A stretch of DNA of 64,000 nucleotides from Thermodesulfobacteriota bacterium (GTDB taxonomy: Bacteria; Desulfobacterota; RBG-13-43-22), in assembly GCA_049520575.1 (NCBI GenBank), contig JBEKPQ010000004.1, positions 5,538-69,537 on the forward strand, read 5' to 3'. The notes beneath the pieces are model-generated. The model was not told where the DNA came from, did no database searches, and worked only from the letters and a program-made list of their open reading frames with translations. A program made the position numbers and the translations under genes. This document shows, one piece after another, positions 38,322 through 49,669 of the stretch. Each line of letters begins with the position of its first letter. Positions within the stretch are counted from its first letter, which is position 1.

Positions 38322-38440
38322 CCCTATTTTATTTTCAGATTGCGGATTTCGGATTGGAGAACGAAATCCAGATTAAAAAGATATTAATAAAAACAATATA
38401 TTAAATATAAATCTTCAGGTTATTAATTAGATCATGTGCC

Positions 38441-39223
38441 CTATATTGAAATGGATAAAAAATCTTCGGCCAACGTGATTGGACCGCTGTATTCCCGAGC
38501 ACAGGGGCCGATCAGATCTCGGTCTTGGCAGTCAGGATAAAAATGAGTCAGAATCAACTCTTTAACCCCGGCCTCCCGGGCGATCCTCCCGGCCAGGGAA
38601 GGTGTCAGATGTCCCTCCACCTTTTGGCCTTCGGGAAAGGAACATTCCAAAACTAATAAGTCCGAGTTTTTAGCCAGTTCCACTAAAGAGGTAGAATAGT
38701 CCGCATCACCTGAAAAGACAAGTGACTTTCTATTATCATGGATGCTGATTCTATAGCCCAGACTGGAAGAAGAATGGCCTACCGGAGCACTCCGGAGACT
38801 GAACGATGAGAAATTTTTTTCACAGGGCCTTTCCTGGGGAAGAGGAAGAACCTTTAATAGACCCTCAGGTAACTCTATCCATTGGCCATAAAGGGCCTTA
38901 AGTCTCTCAAAAAAAGATTCAAAACCGGATCCCGCCAATAAATGGAAGGGCCTCCGGTCAGTAAGAAAAGGAGGGTATTTGGTGCCAAAGAGAAAAGGAG
39001 CCAGGTCGGAACTATGATCCGGATGGAGGTGGGTTAATAGGATATAGTCTATTTCTGTTATTTTAACAGAAATCCTGGATAATTGTCTTAAGGCACCTGG
39101 TCCGAGGTCGATGAGAAGATTGATTTCTTGAAGTTTCAGGAGCAGGGCAGGGGAGGCACGAGCGGAGGAGGGAACGCCGGTGCCGGTCCCCAGAAAAATC
39201 AGTTGACTGGAAGGTTGCTTCAT
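38441..39223 (-). CDS. MBL-fold metallo-hydrolase
   Basis: LTHLHPDHSSDL is the HxHxDH motif. Downstream His/Asp positions. 260 aa. Confidence 0.75.
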   Translation of the reverse strand: MKQPSSQLIFLGTGTGVPSSARASPALLLKLQEINLLIDLGPGALRQLSRISVKITEIDYILLTHLHPDHSSDLAPFLFGTKYPPFLTDRRPFHLLAGSGFESFFERLKALYGQWIELPEGLLKVLPLPQERPCEKNFSSFSLRSAPVGHSSSSLGYRISIHDNRKSLVFSGDADYSTSLVELAKNSDLLVLECSFPEGQKVEGHLTPSLAGRIAREAGVKELILTHFYPDCQDRDLIGPCAREYSGPITLAEDFLSISI

Positions 39224-40105
39224 CTATGCGGAATAAACCCAATATTTGTCAATCATAAATTCAGGATGATAGGAAAGTTTAGACCTTCGTAAACCCTGGA
39301 TCCCTAAATCCTGTTCCCGATTGACAAAAGGGATAGCAGCCCATTCCTGCTCTAAAAACTGCTGTTGAATCAAAGGATAAAGACCGGGAAGTTCCGGGTT
39401 GGCTTTTTCAATGTGAATGACCACAGTCTCAGGATTTAAAAGTTCTCCCAGGGTAAAGGCCTCAACTTTATTCCGGATCCGGATCACGCCCCCCTTGTAA
39501 TTTAATAAATCAAATTTTTTAAGGGATTCACTGATGGCCTGGTCCTCACTTAACAGACCGTGGGATTCAAGACAATTTTTCGAACGACACCACTCTTCCT
39601 GCAGGGCCAGGCATTCTTCAATCAGATTTGGATTTAGAGGAAGGTACTCCCAGGTATGCCTTTTATTAAAGCGATTGATATGGTTTTTCAAGGTATGGTA
39701 TTTATTGCCGGAAAGACGGATTAACTTATCGGTCCGATAGACGTAATCGCTATTATCCAGATCCAGGACGGTTTTTAGGCCAGGAAAATGAGGAAGTCTT
39801 TTGATGATCGACTCAGGAATTCTGGAGAAATGGGGCGGAAACGATTGGGTTTTAAAATAGGCCAGACAATCGTAGGCCCAGGCCTGGATATCCACTTTCC
39901 CCATCGGTGGGAAGAAATAGGGGGTTGTCCCTGCGGGTTGGGCCAGGAGGGTCATGAATCCTTGATGACTGGCAATTTGAAACTGATAATAAAATCTCCA
40001 GATATAAAGATTGGTAAAGGTCAACTCAGAAATTAACGGAGGATCCTGAGAGAGGAGTGCTTCGATTTCCGGTTTATGGTCAAGAGAAAGGGGCTTGAAG
40101 GTCAA
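39224..40105 (-). CDS. DUF2156-like protein (stand-alone homologue of the MprF/LPG-synthase C-terminal GNAT-like domain)
   Basis: ~290 aa with an FTNLYIWRFYY-type N-terminal motif and the overall size of PF09924-type proteins. From memory only. Its stop abuts the MBL gene start. Confidence 0.45.
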   Translation of the reverse strand: MTFKPLSLDHKPEIEALLSQDPPLISELTFTNLYIWRFYYQFQIASHQGFMTLLAQPAGTTPYFFPPMGKVDIQAWAYDCLAYFKTQSFPPHFSRIPESIIKRLPHFPGLKTVLDLDNSDYVYRTDKLIRLSGNKYHTLKNHINRFNKRHTWEYLPLNPNLIEECLALQEEWCRSKNCLESHGLLSEDQAISESLKKFDLLNYKGGVIRIRNKVEAFTLGELLNPETVVIHIEKANPELPGLYPLIQQQFLEQEWAAIPFVNREQDLGIQGLRRSKLSYHPEFMIDKYWVYSA

Positions 40106-40321
40106 AGTTATGTCCGGTTCATTCTTGATCTAAATGTCAGGTGAAAAAAATCAAATTTTTTGATTTTACTTATCTTATTATTGAAACGGATCTCGATGAT
40201 TTCAGGATTCGAAGGTTTCAAGGAATCAAACCATCATGCCCCGCCAGAGGCGTGACAACACGCATCATGAAAATAAGGCTGGTCGAACGGTGAACCATGA
40301 ATCCTATTTTCGCATTAAAGT

Positions 40322-41212
40322 TTATGGTATTGGATTTTTCCTAGAACCTCTAAACTTTCTCCTGATACCTTCTTTCAATGCCTTTAAATCCTCAATAATC
40401 TGATAGGGGATTTTCAAATCCCCTGTTCCGGTAAGGAGATCCACGTCCTTTTTAAGGTCTCCGTGGAAATCACTGCCACCAGTATAAATAAGATTCAACT
40501 CTTTGACTAGCGAAAAATAGTCGCGGGTCTGGTCGGTTGTATGTTCGGAATACAATACTTCTATCCCTTTAAGTCCTTCAGTTTTTAATTTTCCAACTAA
40601 TACCTTGAGGTCTCTTAACGAAGGGCAATTTAAAGTGAAAGGATGGGCCAACACCGGGATTCCCCCTGCGCGAAGAATCAGAGAGATGGCTTTTCGGGGG
40701 GAAAACCGGAATTTTTCCACATAGGCCAGGGACCCTTTAGCTAAATATTTTTGAAACGCTTCTTCGAAAGAAGACACCGCACCTATTTGAAGAAGGGCCT
40801 GGGCAATATGAGGACGGCCGATTTGACCTTTGGCCAAAGCCTGAACTTGATCAAAAGAAATGGGAACACCCAGGGACTGAAGCTTGCTGATAATCTTTGG
40901 GTTCCTTTCCATACGAGCATCTTGAAGCCGTTGAAGCTCTCGATTTAACAGCGGGGCAGAAGGATCAATATAGTAACCCAGTATGTGCATTGTGCCTTTG
41001 GGGTATTGGGCACTGATTTCCAGGCCGGGAATAACCTCAAGCCCCTGTTCTTTTCCGGCGGTCAAGGCCGCTTCAACTCCATCAATAGTGTCGTGATCGG
41101 TCAGGGCAATGGCCGCCGCCTTTTTTCTTTTGGCATAAACCACCAGCTCTCCGGGCGACAGGCTGCCATCGGAGGCAGTGGAATGGGTGTGAAGGTCGAT
41201 AAACCGATTCAC
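40322..41212 (-). CDS. PHP-domain phosphoesterase
   Basis: IDLHTHSTASDGSLSP...ALTDHDTIDG...GGSDFHG. PHP metal-binding His/Asp motifs. 296 aa. Confidence 0.75.
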   Translation of the reverse strand: MNRFIDLHTHSTASDGSLSPGELVVYAKRKKAAAIALTDHDTIDGVEAALTAGKEQGLEVIPGLEISAQYPKGTMHILGYYIDPSAPLLNRELQRLQDARMERNPKIISKLQSLGVPISFDQVQALAKGQIGRPHIAQALLQIGAVSSFEEAFQKYLAKGSLAYVEKFRFSPRKAISLILRAGGIPVLAHPFTLNCPSLRDLKVLVGKLKTEGLKGIEVLYSEHTTDQTRDYFSLVKELNLIYTGGSDFHGDLKKDVDLLTGTGDLKIPYQIIEDLKALKEGIRRKFRGSRKNPIP

Positions 41213-41416
41213 TATTTATTTCGTTCCCGAATTTGTATTTCTAATCTTTTTTCTGGATAAATGAAACGAATAGAGTCCAGAATTCAGAATCCAGAATAAA
41301 ACCGTCAAGAACTATTTAGCGATCTGTCCTCTGAAGAAAAATAGTTGCTTTATTTTGAAACTTTCAATATTTTAGTATTAACTTAATTCCGCAATCCGCA
41401 ATCCGAAATCAACAAT

Positions 41417-43789
41417 TTATTTCTTACAGGCCCTGGAATTTTTATAAAGGGCCAGGTCTATAACCTCATCCATCCGTTCGACAAAATGAAACTTTAAACC
41501 TTTTTTTAGGTGCGGGGGGATCTCTTCCAGGTCCTTTTCGTTTTTTTTGGGCAGGATAACCGTTACGATCCCGGCCCGCTTGGCAGCCAAAACTTTTTCC
41601 TTGATTCCCCCAACCGGCAGGACCAGACCGCGCAAGGTGATTTCCCCGGTCATGGCCAGGTTGCCGCGTATCGGACGATTGGTCAACAAAGAGGTCAAAG
41701 CAGTCATGATGGCTGTTCCTGCCGAGGGGCCGTCTTTGGGGATGGCCCCGGCCGGGACATGGATGTGAAGATCATTATTTTCATAAAAGTCTTCCGGGAT
41801 ACCCAGTTGGCCGGCCTTGGAGCGGATATAACTGAGGGCCGCCCCGGCTGATTCTTTCATCACCTCTCCCAGTTGACCGGTCAGGGTCATGGTTCTTCGA
41901 CCGGGCATTTTTGTAGCCTCGACGAAAAGGATATCTCCTCCGGACTGGGTCCAGGCGAGTCCCGTGGCCACTCCAGGCTCCTGGGTCCTTTCGGCAATTT
42001 CAGAAAAGAAATGGACCGGTCCTAAATATTGATGCAGATCTTTCTCGGTTATTTTCGTGGACTTAATTTTTCCCTCAGCCACCTCTTTGGCCACGCCACG
42101 ACAGAGGGAGGCGATTTCTCTTTCCAGATTGCGAAGGCCGGCCTCCCTGGTGTAAGAACGAATAATAACCTGGAGGGCTTTCTTATTAAATGTGAGGATC
42201 TTTTCAGACAGGCCGTGTTCACTCAGTTGTTTGGGGATGAGATGTTTCTGGGCGATCTGGATTTTTTCCTCTTCAATATAACCGGACAGGTCTAAGACCT
42301 CCATGCGGTCCCGTAAAGCCGGGGGTATGGTATCTAAGATATTGGCCGTAGTGATGAACATCACCTTGGAAAGGTCGAACTCGACCTCCAGGTAGTGATC
42401 GGAAAAGGTGGAATTTTGTTCTGGATCCAGGACTTCTAAAAGGGCCGAAGAAGGATCCCCTCGAAAGTCCGCTCCCACTTTGTCGATTTCATCCAGGATA
42501 AAGACCGGATTGTTGGAACCGGCTTTCTTAAGGCCCTGGATGATTCTACCGGGCAGGGCTCCAACATAGGTCCTTCGGTGTCCTCTGATTTCGGCTTCAT
42601 CCCGAACCCCACCCAGAGATAAACGGACAAACTTCCGACCCAAAGCCCGAGCAATGGAACGCCCAAGGGAGGTCTTACCCGTTCCCGGAGGACCGGCGAA
42701 ACAAAGGATAGGCCCTTTCATGTCCGGTTTAAGCTTGCGTACCGCCAGGTATTCCAGTACCCTTTTTTTGACTTTTTCCAGATCAAAGTGGTCGTCGTCG
42801 AGAACCTTTGCGGCGGCCTCGATGTCCAGATTATCTTCGGTATGGATTTGCCAGGGCAGTTCGGTCAACCAGTCCAAATAGGACAGGGTAACCGTATATT
42901 CCGGAGAGGCGGGATTCATTCGGGAAAGACGGTCCAATTCCCTTTCGGCTTCTTTGGCAGCAGCCGGGGACAAACCCCGTTCGACGATTTTTTTTCGATA
43001 TTCGTCAATTTCTAAGGATTTTTCATCCTTTTCCCCTAACTCTTTTTGAATGGCCTTGAGCTGTTCCCGGAGGTAATATTCCCGTTGTGTTTTATCAATA
43101 CCCTCTTTGACTTCGGATTGGATTTTTTTCCCAAGCTCCAGGACCTCCAGTTCCTTAGTCAGAATCACGGTTATTTTTTGAAGACGTTGTTTGACCTCCA
43201 GGGTTTCCAGAATGTCCTGTTTGTCTTCCTTGGGGATATTCAAGGTGGAGGTAACCATATCGGCCAGGGAACCGGGGTCTTCAACACTTTGGGCCAAGAG
43301 TCCCAATTCCGCAGGAAGATAAGGAGACAAATCCAGAACCTTGATGAATAGGCCCCGGGCGCTGTTTAACAGGGCATCGGTTTCTATTCCTGACTCCAAC
43401 AGGTCTTTAAGGATTTCTATCCGGGCCTTGAAATAGGGATTGGTGGCCGTGAATTCTTCAATCTTAAACCGGGAAAGGCCTTGGACCATAAGCCGGACCC
43501 CTCCTTCAGGGACTTTAGCCATCTTTAAAATGGAACCCACAGTTCCATAAGAGTATAGGTCTTTGGTGGTCAGGGGGTCTTGGCCTTTGCCCTGTACCAT
43601 AACCAGACCGATCAGGTGGTCTTTCATCAGGGCCTCGTCCACCAGTTGGACCCAGTTTTTTTCCCAGATCATCAGGGGCATCACCATCTTGGGAAACAAA
43701 GCGACATCGACGACAGGTAAAAGAGGGATTTCTTCCGGTATGGTCAATACCTGGGTTTGGAGGGGTAAAGAAGTTTCGTTGTTTTCCAT
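41417..43789 (-). CDS. lon: ATP-dependent protease Lon
   Basis: N-terminal LON domain. AAA+ Walker [10 protein letters not shown]. Protease domain with [15 protein letters not shown] (catalytic Ser) and the Lys region. 790 aa. Confidence 0.9.
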   Translation of the reverse strand: MENNETSLPLQTQVLTIPEEIPLLPVVDVALFPKMVMPLMIWEKNWVQLVDEALMKDHLIGLVMVQGKGQDPLTTKDLYSYGTVGSILKMAKVPEGGVRLMVQGLSRFKIEEFTATNPYFKARIEILKDLLESGIETDALLNSARGLFIKVLDLSPYLPAELGLLAQSVEDPGSLADMVTSTLNIPKEDKQDILETLEVKQRLQKITVILTKELEVLELGKKIQSEVKEGIDKTQREYYLREQLKAIQKELGEKDEKSLEIDEYRKKIVERGLSPAAAKEAERELDRLSRMNPASPEYTVTLSYLDWLTELPWQIHTEDNLDIEAAAKVLDDDHFDLEKVKKRVLEYLAVRKLKPDMKGPILCFAGPPGTGKTSLGRSIARALGRKFVRLSLGGVRDEAEIRGHRRTYVGALPGRIIQGLKKAGSNNPVFILDEIDKVGADFRGDPSSALLEVLDPEQNSTFSDHYLEVEFDLSKVMFITTANILDTIPPALRDRMEVLDLSGYIEEEKIQIAQKHLIPKQLSEHGLSEKILTFNKKALQVIIRSYTREAGLRNLEREIASLCRGVAKEVAEGKIKSTKITEKDLHQYLGPVHFFSEIAERTQEPGVATGLAWTQSGGDILFVEATKMPGRRTMTLTGQLGEVMKESAGAALSYIRSKAGQLGIPEDFYENNDLHIHVPAGAIPKDGPSAGTAIMTALTSLLTNRPIRGNLAMTGEITLRGLVLPVGGIKEKVLAAKRAGIVTVILPKKNEKDLEEIPPHLKKGLKFHFVERMDEVIDLALYKNSRACKK

Positions 43790-43818
43790 GGACTACTCCT
43801 TATATTTGAGACCGAATT

Positions 43819-44241
43819 CTATTCGGATTCAATGGGTATGGTTTTCTTTTGGTCCATTTTCTTGGGCAAGACCACGGTGAGCAAGCCGTCTCTGTAATGA
43901 GCTTCGATGCGGGGCTCATCAACCAGAACAGGCAATTCAAGGGTTCGTTCAAAGGTGCCGTACTCGATTTCCATTTGAAGATAACGAACGGCATTGGCCA
44001 TGGGAGCCCTCTGTCTTTTTCCGGACAGATAGACCATGTTTCTTTTTACGGTAACCTGGATTTCGTCCTTTTTTAACCCGGAGACCTCGGCAAGAACCAT
44101 AAAGGCCTCGGGTGTTTCGAGAACATCCATCTGGGGAGACCATATCCTTTGGTCAAGTAAAAAACGAGGGCTGAGTTGATAGAGCATATCATCCATCAAA
44201 CGCCTCATTTGACCATGAAGTCGGGACAAATCGCTGACCAC
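43819..44241 (-). CDS. Hsp20/alpha-crystallin small heat-shock protein
   Basis: ...VLAEVSGLKKDEIQVTV...GTFERTLELP...GLLTVVLPK. Alpha-crystallin domain. 140 aa. Directly upstream of lon on the same strand. Confidence 0.85.
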   Translation of the reverse strand: MVSDLSRLHGQMRRLMDDMLYQLSPRFLLDQRIWSPQMDVLETPEAFMVLAEVSGLKKDEIQVTVKRNMVYLSGKRQRAPMANAVRYLQMEIEYGTFERTLELPVLVDEPRIEAHYRDGLLTVVLPKKMDQKKTIPIESE

Positions 44242-44407
44242 CTTAGGTTCTCCTTCTGCTTTTTGTGATTGTTAAGAGCGATCACCTGGAAGGGATGCCC
44301 TGAAATTAACCTATTGAGACTTATTATAAGGATTGGAACAGCTTTTGTAAAGGAAAGGAATAAAAATATTTTAGGCTTGACAGGGTTTGAGGGAGATGGG
44401 AGATAAT

Positions 44408-44438
44408 ACCTCTAACCGGTTGATGAAAAATACCCATC
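44408..44438 (+). promoter_or_regulatory. Candidate sigma70-type promoter upstream of the repeat copy 3 and selB
   Basis: ttgaca at 44408-44413. 17-19 nt to gagataat. Sequence match only. Confidence 0.3.
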
Positions 44439-44446
44439 TGCGGTGT

Positions 44447-44577
44447 TTCCCTTATCCTTCGTCTCTCCCCGGCTTTGCCGGGTGCTTGTTGCGGTGTACT
44501 ATTAGTACGCCTCACTCCTCAGGATGGCGGGGGCCTTGCATCTGGGCATTTTTGATCAACCAGTACCTTTGGATTTA
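44447..44577 (+). mobile_element. MITE/REP-like dispersed repeat, copy 3 (diverged; internal hairpin ccccggctttgccgggg), in the selB 5' region
   Basis: ggttgatgaaaaatacccatctgcggtg...gtacgcctcactcctcagg...gcatttttgatcaacc. TIR ggttgatgaaaaat pairs with atttttgatcaacc. The core matches copies 1 and 2. Confidence 0.5.
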
Positions 44578-44617
44578 TTCGTTATCAAAATAACAAGAGA
44601 TCAATAAAATTAATCCC

Positions 44618-46534
44618 ATGAAACAGATTATTCTCGGTACGGCAGGGCATATCGATCATGGTAAGACCAGCCTGGTCAAGGCCTTGACGGGAATAGACAC
44701 CGACCGCCTTAAAGAGGAAAAAGAACGGGGGATCACCATTGAATTGGGTTTTGCCTACCTGGATCTGCCCAACGGCCAGCGATTGGGAATAATCGATGTC
44801 CCCGGGCACGAACGCTTCATCAAAAACATGGTGGCCGGAGCCAGCACCATTGACCTGGTAGCCTTGATTATTGCCGCTGATGAAGGAGTCATGCCTCAGA
44901 CCCGTGAGCACCTGGATATCTGCTCCTTGCTGGGGATCAAAAAAGGCCTGGTAGCCCTGACCAAAGTCGACATGATCGAGCGAGATTGGCTAGAGCTGGT
45001 CCAGGAGGATATCAAGGAATTTTTAAAAGGGACTTTTTTAGAAGGGGCTCCTATCCTCCCAGTTTCATCAACCACCGGCCATGGGATTTCTGAATTGACG
45101 GCAGTCCTGGAAAGGCTTTCGGCCGAAGTTGAAGAAAGGCCTTCAGCCGGAATCTTCCGATTGCCGGTGGACCGGGTTTTTACCATGCGCGGCTTTGGCA
45201 CGGTGATTACCGGAACGGCCATATCGGGCAGCCTATCGGTGGGGGATCAAGTCCATATTTATCCCCAGGAGATCCAGGCCAAGGTCCGCGGAATTCAAGT
45301 CCATAATCAGGATATCGAACAGGTCAGAGCCGGTCTGCGAACGGCTATTAATCTGCAAGGGATTGAAAAAGCCGCGGTGAACCGGGGTAATGTGGTCGCC
45401 TCTCCCCTGGGTTTGCACCCGACCCGGTTACTGGATATCCATATTCGCTTGCTGACATCCGTTCAAAAGCCCTTGAAGCATCGCAGTCAGATACGATTTC
45501 ACAGCGGGACGAACGAAATCCTGGGCCGGGTTATCCTTCTGGAAGGGGAGGATATTAAACCGGGAGAATCCCATTTTTGCCAGATACGTTTTAGCGAACC
45601 GGTGGCTTTATTGCCCGGAGACCTAGCCGTTATCCGCAGTTATTCCCCGGTTCAAACCATCGGCGGGGCCGAAATCTTAAATGTGATACCGGCCAAACAT
45701 AAGCGCTTTAATCCCGAGGTTATTCACCAGCTCCAGGTTCTGCAATCCGGAAGTGATTTGGATAAGACGGCCCTGCAAGTCCTCCTGGCTGGGTCGACCG
45801 GGGTGTCCCGGCAGGCCTTGGGGCAAGTCCTGCCTCTTCCTTCGAAAAAGTTGGATGAACTGCTTAAAGAACTTCTTTCCCAGAAGATACTCATTCAGTG
45901 GGACAAGGAAAATAAAATCATCATTCATCATCAGGAGTTGTTCAATTTGAGCCTAGCGGTTGAACAGGAACTGGAAGGTTATCACCAAGTCAATCCTTTG
46001 AAATCTGGATTGCTCAAAGAAGAATTAAAATCACGTCTGCCCCAGATTCGAGAGGCCAAGCTTTTTAATTTTCTTTTAAATCAGCTTGCAGAGCAGAAAA
46101 TCCTGGTTCAGGAAAAGGAGCTGGTCCGCCTGATAAACCACAAGGTTCAGCTACAGGAAGACCAACAGACGGTCCGCGATTCTTTGGAGGAAGTTTACCT
46201 GAAAAGCGGGCTTCAGCCTCCCTATTTTAAGGAACTGGCCGAAAAATTCACCAAAGGGCAATCCAGGCCCGTCTTGGAATTGATGGTCAAGGAGGGAAAA
46301 CTGGTTAAGGTTAAGGAGGACCTTTATTTTCATAAGCAGGCCATAGAAGAACTCAAGAAAAAATTAATTCATTGGCTAAAAGAAAAAGGTGAGATTACCA
46401 CTCCGGAATTTAAGGACTTGACCCAAACTTCAAGGAAATATACCATCCCTTTGTTGGAATATTTTGATGCTGTTCAGGTAACCATGCGGGTCGAAGACAA
46501 GCGGCTCCTCCGGGAAAGCAAGGAATCGGGTTGA
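44618..46534 (+). CDS. selB: Selenocysteine-specific translation elongation factor SelB
   Basis: G domain [15 protein letters not shown]. ...DVPGHERF...NKxD (LTKVDM). Long C-terminal winged-helix extension. 638 aa, the SelB length. Confidence 0.85.
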   Translation: MKQIILGTAGHIDHGKTSLVKALTGIDTDRLKEEKERGITIELGFAYLDLPNGQRLGIIDVPGHERFIKNMVAGASTIDLVALIIAADEGVMPQTREHLDICSLLGIKKGLVALTKVDMIERDWLELVQEDIKEFLKGTFLEGAPILPVSSTTGHGISELTAVLERLSAEVEERPSAGIFRLPVDRVFTMRGFGTVITGTAISGSLSVGDQVHIYPQEIQAKVRGIQVHNQDIEQVRAGLRTAINLQGIEKAAVNRGNVVASPLGLHPTRLLDIHIRLLTSVQKPLKHRSQIRFHSGTNEILGRVILLEGEDIKPGESHFCQIRFSEPVALLPGDLAVIRSYSPVQTIGGAEILNVIPAKHKRFNPEVIHQLQVLQSGSDLDKTALQVLLAGSTGVSRQALGQVLPLPSKKLDELLKELLSQKILIQWDKENKIIIHHQELFNLSLAVEQELEGYHQVNPLKSGLLKEELKSRLPQIREAKLFNFLLNQLAEQKILVQEKELVRLINHKVQLQEDQQTVRDSLEEVYLKSGLQPPYFKELAEKFTKGQSRPVLELMVKEGKLVKVKEDLYFHKQAIEELKKKLIHWLKEKGEITTPEFKDLTQTSRKYTIPLLEYFDAVQVTMRVEDKRLLRESKESG

Positions 46535-46628
46535 TTTGCAACCGATTCTTATTTTTCAACCTCCTTCTTAACCATATTGAGATCCTTCAGTCTAAGAAAA
46601 ACAAGAAGGTAACACTCTGAAGGTTCTG

Positions 46629-47404
46629 ATGCATAAATTTTATTTCGGAATAAATGGATTGCCTCTCTCAAATGCATATCCTTCGATAAAAGACTTGTCC
46701 GAAGAACAGCGGGTTCAAATCGTTCAACGAATCTTCTCTTCAGTGACGGACCGTTATGACTTTCTGAATCATTTCTTAAGCGCCGGCCGTGATAAAGCCT
46801 GGAGACGATTCCTGATACAACGCATTAATTTTTTTTCTACCCACCGCCTTCTGGACCTGGCCACTGGGACAGGAGACGTAGCCATAGATGCAGCCCGGCA
46901 TTATCCTCAAATCCGGGTATTCGGCCTAGATTTTGCGAAAGCCATGCTGAATGCGGCTGCGGCCAAGATTGATCCCTCCGGTCTATCCGGGCGCATTTCC
47001 TTGATACAGGCCGATGCCATGAACCTGCCTTTTCCTGATGAGAGTTTTGATGCCCTGACCGTAGCCTTTGGTATTCGAAATATGCCCGACCGCCGGAGGG
47101 TTTTGGAAGAGATGGTTCGAGTCCTGCTGCCGGGGGGAAAGTTTTTTTGCTGGAATTAACCGTACCCAAAAGTAAATGGTTTCGAATGTTCTATGTTCCT
47201 TATTTGAAACACATCATTCCCTTCCTTTCCCGGTGGTTTTCCAAAGATCCGGCCGCTTATCTGTACCTGGCCGAATCCATCCTCCAATTCCCTTCACCGG
47301 AGGAAATGGCCAAAGAAATGGAACAGATTGGATTGGTGGATGTCCGGAATTTTTCCCTTACCTTTGGGATTACCTGTTTGCATGAAGGGGGTAAACCGCA
47401 ATGA
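46629..47404 (+). pseudogene. ubiE: Demethylmenaquinone/ubiquinone methyltransferase UbiE/MenG, interrupted by a frameshift in a T7 homopolymer
   Basis: ORF 46629-47159 carries the SAM-MTase motifs (LDLATGTGD... GIRNMPD...LLPGGKFF) and ends FFCWN*. ORF 47147-47404, in the +1 frame, continues LELTVPKSKWF...YLYLAESI..., the UbiE C-terminus. An eighth T in the run 47142-47148 would make one ~258-aa reading frame. Confidence 0.6.
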
Positions 47405-47503
47405 GTGAAAATCTCATAATCAATAATTTTTCCAAAGAAAATATCCATTAAATTTATTTTTGGAAACAAACTACTATTCCTGAAAAAAATTAAGGAGGAT
47501 TAT

Positions 47504-48070
47504 ATGCGGCTTAAAGAACCTCGGCTGAAACCTCTGGCCGAATCGGAATGGAGCGAGGAACAACAAACTATCCTAAACTATTATCGGCGAAAGTCCGGCA
47601 AGATCTATAACATTTTTTTGACCTTGGCCCGTCATCCTGAAATGATGAAAAAGTGGCAAGTTTTTTTGGATTATATTTTAAACGAATCCACACTTCCGGC
47701 GCGGGAGCGTGAAATACTTATCTTGCGTATCGGCTGGCTTTGCCGATCGGAATATGAATTCGGACAGCATACTCGTATTGGGAACAAGGCGGGTCTAAGT
47801 CTCGAGGAAATTGTCAACATTACCGAAGGTCCCAAGGCTCCGGGATGGGATCCTTTCGATGCGGCTTTGCTTCAGGCCGCTGATGAGCTTCAAGCCGATG
47901 CCTTTATCTCCGAGGCTACCTGGAATACCTTGTCAAAAAAATACACCGAAAAACAAATGATCGATGTAATCATGACCATAGGGGCGTACAATCTGGTCTC
48001 CATGTTCCTGAACACTGCCGGTGTTCAACGGGATCAAAAAGTGGCCGGGTTTCCTGAAACTCAAGGGTGA
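47504..48070 (+). CDS. Carboxymuconolactone decarboxylase-family (AhpD-like) protein
   Basis: ...ILILRIGWLCRSEYEFGQHTRIG... is the CMD-domain motif. 188 aa. Confidence 0.65.
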   Translation: MRLKEPRLKPLAESEWSEEQQTILNYYRRKSGKIYNIFLTLARHPEMMKKWQVFLDYILNESTLPAREREILILRIGWLCRSEYEFGQHTRIGNKAGLSLEEIVNITEGPKAPGWDPFDAALLQAADELQADAFISEATWNTLSKKYTEKQMIDVIMTIGAYNLVSMFLNTAGVQRDQKVAGFPETQG

Positions 48071-48197
48071 TTCCTTTGATCTATGTTATCCGCAAGGGTA
48101 CTCCAAAGAAATTGGAGCAAGTCAATAACCATTCAATTTGCGGATGGAGGAATGCAAAGTTAGAAGTTAGGATGCTCGACGATCCCCCGAATCTTTC

Positions 48198-49082
48198 CTA
48201 TGGGCGGGTAATGAACTCTCTAATATAGGCGTTGATCAGGGTGGGTTTTTCGTGGATAACCCAGTGTGAGCCGTCAGGGATGCGTTTAATCGTCAAATCG
48301 GGAATGAACTGTTCCAATCCCTGAAGGTTGCCGGTCAGCAAGGCCTGGTCTTTTTCTCCCCAGATCATCAGGGTGGGTGTTTTTATGAAGAACCTGGACG
48401 GATCCGTCGCCGGCTTTTCTGAAGATTGGCCGCCCTTTATTGAAGGAGGGGCCACCCGGCTTGCCCGATAATAATTAAGCCCTCCCGTAAGGGCGCCCGG
48501 CTGAGACCAGGCTTCAAGGTAAGCCCGGCGATCTTCCTCGGTGAAATGACCTTGTTTCAGGCCTTCTTCCAAAACCGTTTTATAAAGTTCAGAGTAATTA
48601 TCGGCTGAAAGTATATCTTCAGCCTTGGGACTGCGGAACATCAGCATGTACTGGCTGGCCTGCTGTTGTGCCGGGTTTTGGCGCAATTCCTGTTCAAACA
48701 CAGCCGGGTGCGGTGCGTTTATGATAATCAGTTTTTCCAGCAGTTCCGGGTAAACCAGGGGAAAAGCCCAGGCTACCGCACCCCCCCAGTCATGGCCGAC
48801 CAGGATGAATTTCTTGTGACCGAGATGCTCGGCCAGAGCCCGCAGGTCTTCCACTAAGTATTTCATCTGGTATTGTTCCACATCTTCAGGTTTTGAGGAA
48901 AGGTTGTAGCCTCGCATGTCAAGGGCCACGGCCTGATAGTCCTGCCCAAACTCGACAAGCTGGTTCTTCCATTCGTACCAAAATTCCGGGAATCCATGAA
49001 CGAAGAGGATTAACTTCCCCTTCCCCGAAAGGACATAATGAAGTCGGACATCATTCAATAGGGCGTATTGGTGAGTCAACAT
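48198..49082 (-). CDS. Alpha/beta-hydrolase (epoxide-hydrolase-like)
   Basis: LILFVHGFPEFWYEW...VGHDWGGAVAW. HGxP motif plus nucleophile elbow G-H-D-W-G. 294 aa. Confidence 0.75.
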   Translation of the reverse strand: MLTHQYALLNDVRLHYVLSGKGKLILFVHGFPEFWYEWKNQLVEFGQDYQAVALDMRGYNLSSKPEDVEQYQMKYLVEDLRALAEHLGHKKFILVGHDWGGAVAWAFPLVYPELLEKLIIINAPHPAVFEQELRQNPAQQQASQYMLMFRSPKAEDILSADNYSELYKTVLEEGLKQGHFTEEDRRAYLEAWSQPGALTGGLNYYRASRVAPPSIKGGQSSEKPATDPSRFFIKTPTLMIWGEKDQALLTGNLQGLEQFIPDLTIKRIPDGSHWVIHEKPTLINAYIREFITRP

Positions 49083-49189
49083 ACTTGGCCTCGTTTTGGA
49101 AATTTGACGGCTTGGTAAAAAGACCGTCTGTTCCGCATTTCGCGGTATTGCGCTTCACCTTTTGTCGTTGCAACGTACTGTTTGTTTTT

Positions 49190-49669
49190 TTAGGTGATGT
49201 TTATATTGATAATCTCCAGAAGCCGCAGGCCCCCTGGGGTTTTGACTTGAATTTCATCGCCCGGTTCTTTTCCTATCAAGGCCCGACCTAATGGGGAAAG
49301 GACGGAGATGTCTCCGTCATCTACGTTGGATTCATCGGGACCAACCAGTCGGATTTTAAATTCATCGCCGGTATCTAAGTCGTTCAAAAGGACGGTGGTG
49401 CCGAAGACGACCCGGTCTTCGGGCAAATCGGAAATGTCTATAATTTCGGAGCTGGCGATCTTGGCGTGAAGTTCCATGATCCGGCCTTCAATAAAGGCCT
49501 GGCGTTCCTTGGCCGCATGATACTCGGCATTTTCCGAAATGTCTCCCTGAGATCGGGCTTCGGCAATGGCTTTGATAACGGTGGGCCTATCTTCCCTTTC
49601 CAGCCGTTTTAATTCTTCCCGAAGTCTCTCCAGACCTTCCTTAGTAATCGGTGTCCGATCCATGACCAT
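49190..49669 (-). CDS. greA: Transcription elongation factor GreA
   Basis: PITKEGLERLREELKRL...ISENAEYHAAKERQAFIEGRI...VVFGTTV...GKEPGDEIQVKTPGG. Start taken at MVMDR (49669); the ORF opens further upstream. Confidence 0.85.
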   Translation of the reverse strand: MVMDRTPITKEGLERLREELKRLEREDRPTVIKAIAEARSQGDISENAEYHAAKERQAFIEGRIMELHAKIASSEIIDISDLPEDRVVFGTTVLLNDLDTGDEFKIRLVGPDESNVDDGDISVLSPLGRALIGKEPGDEIQVKTPGGLRLLEIININIT

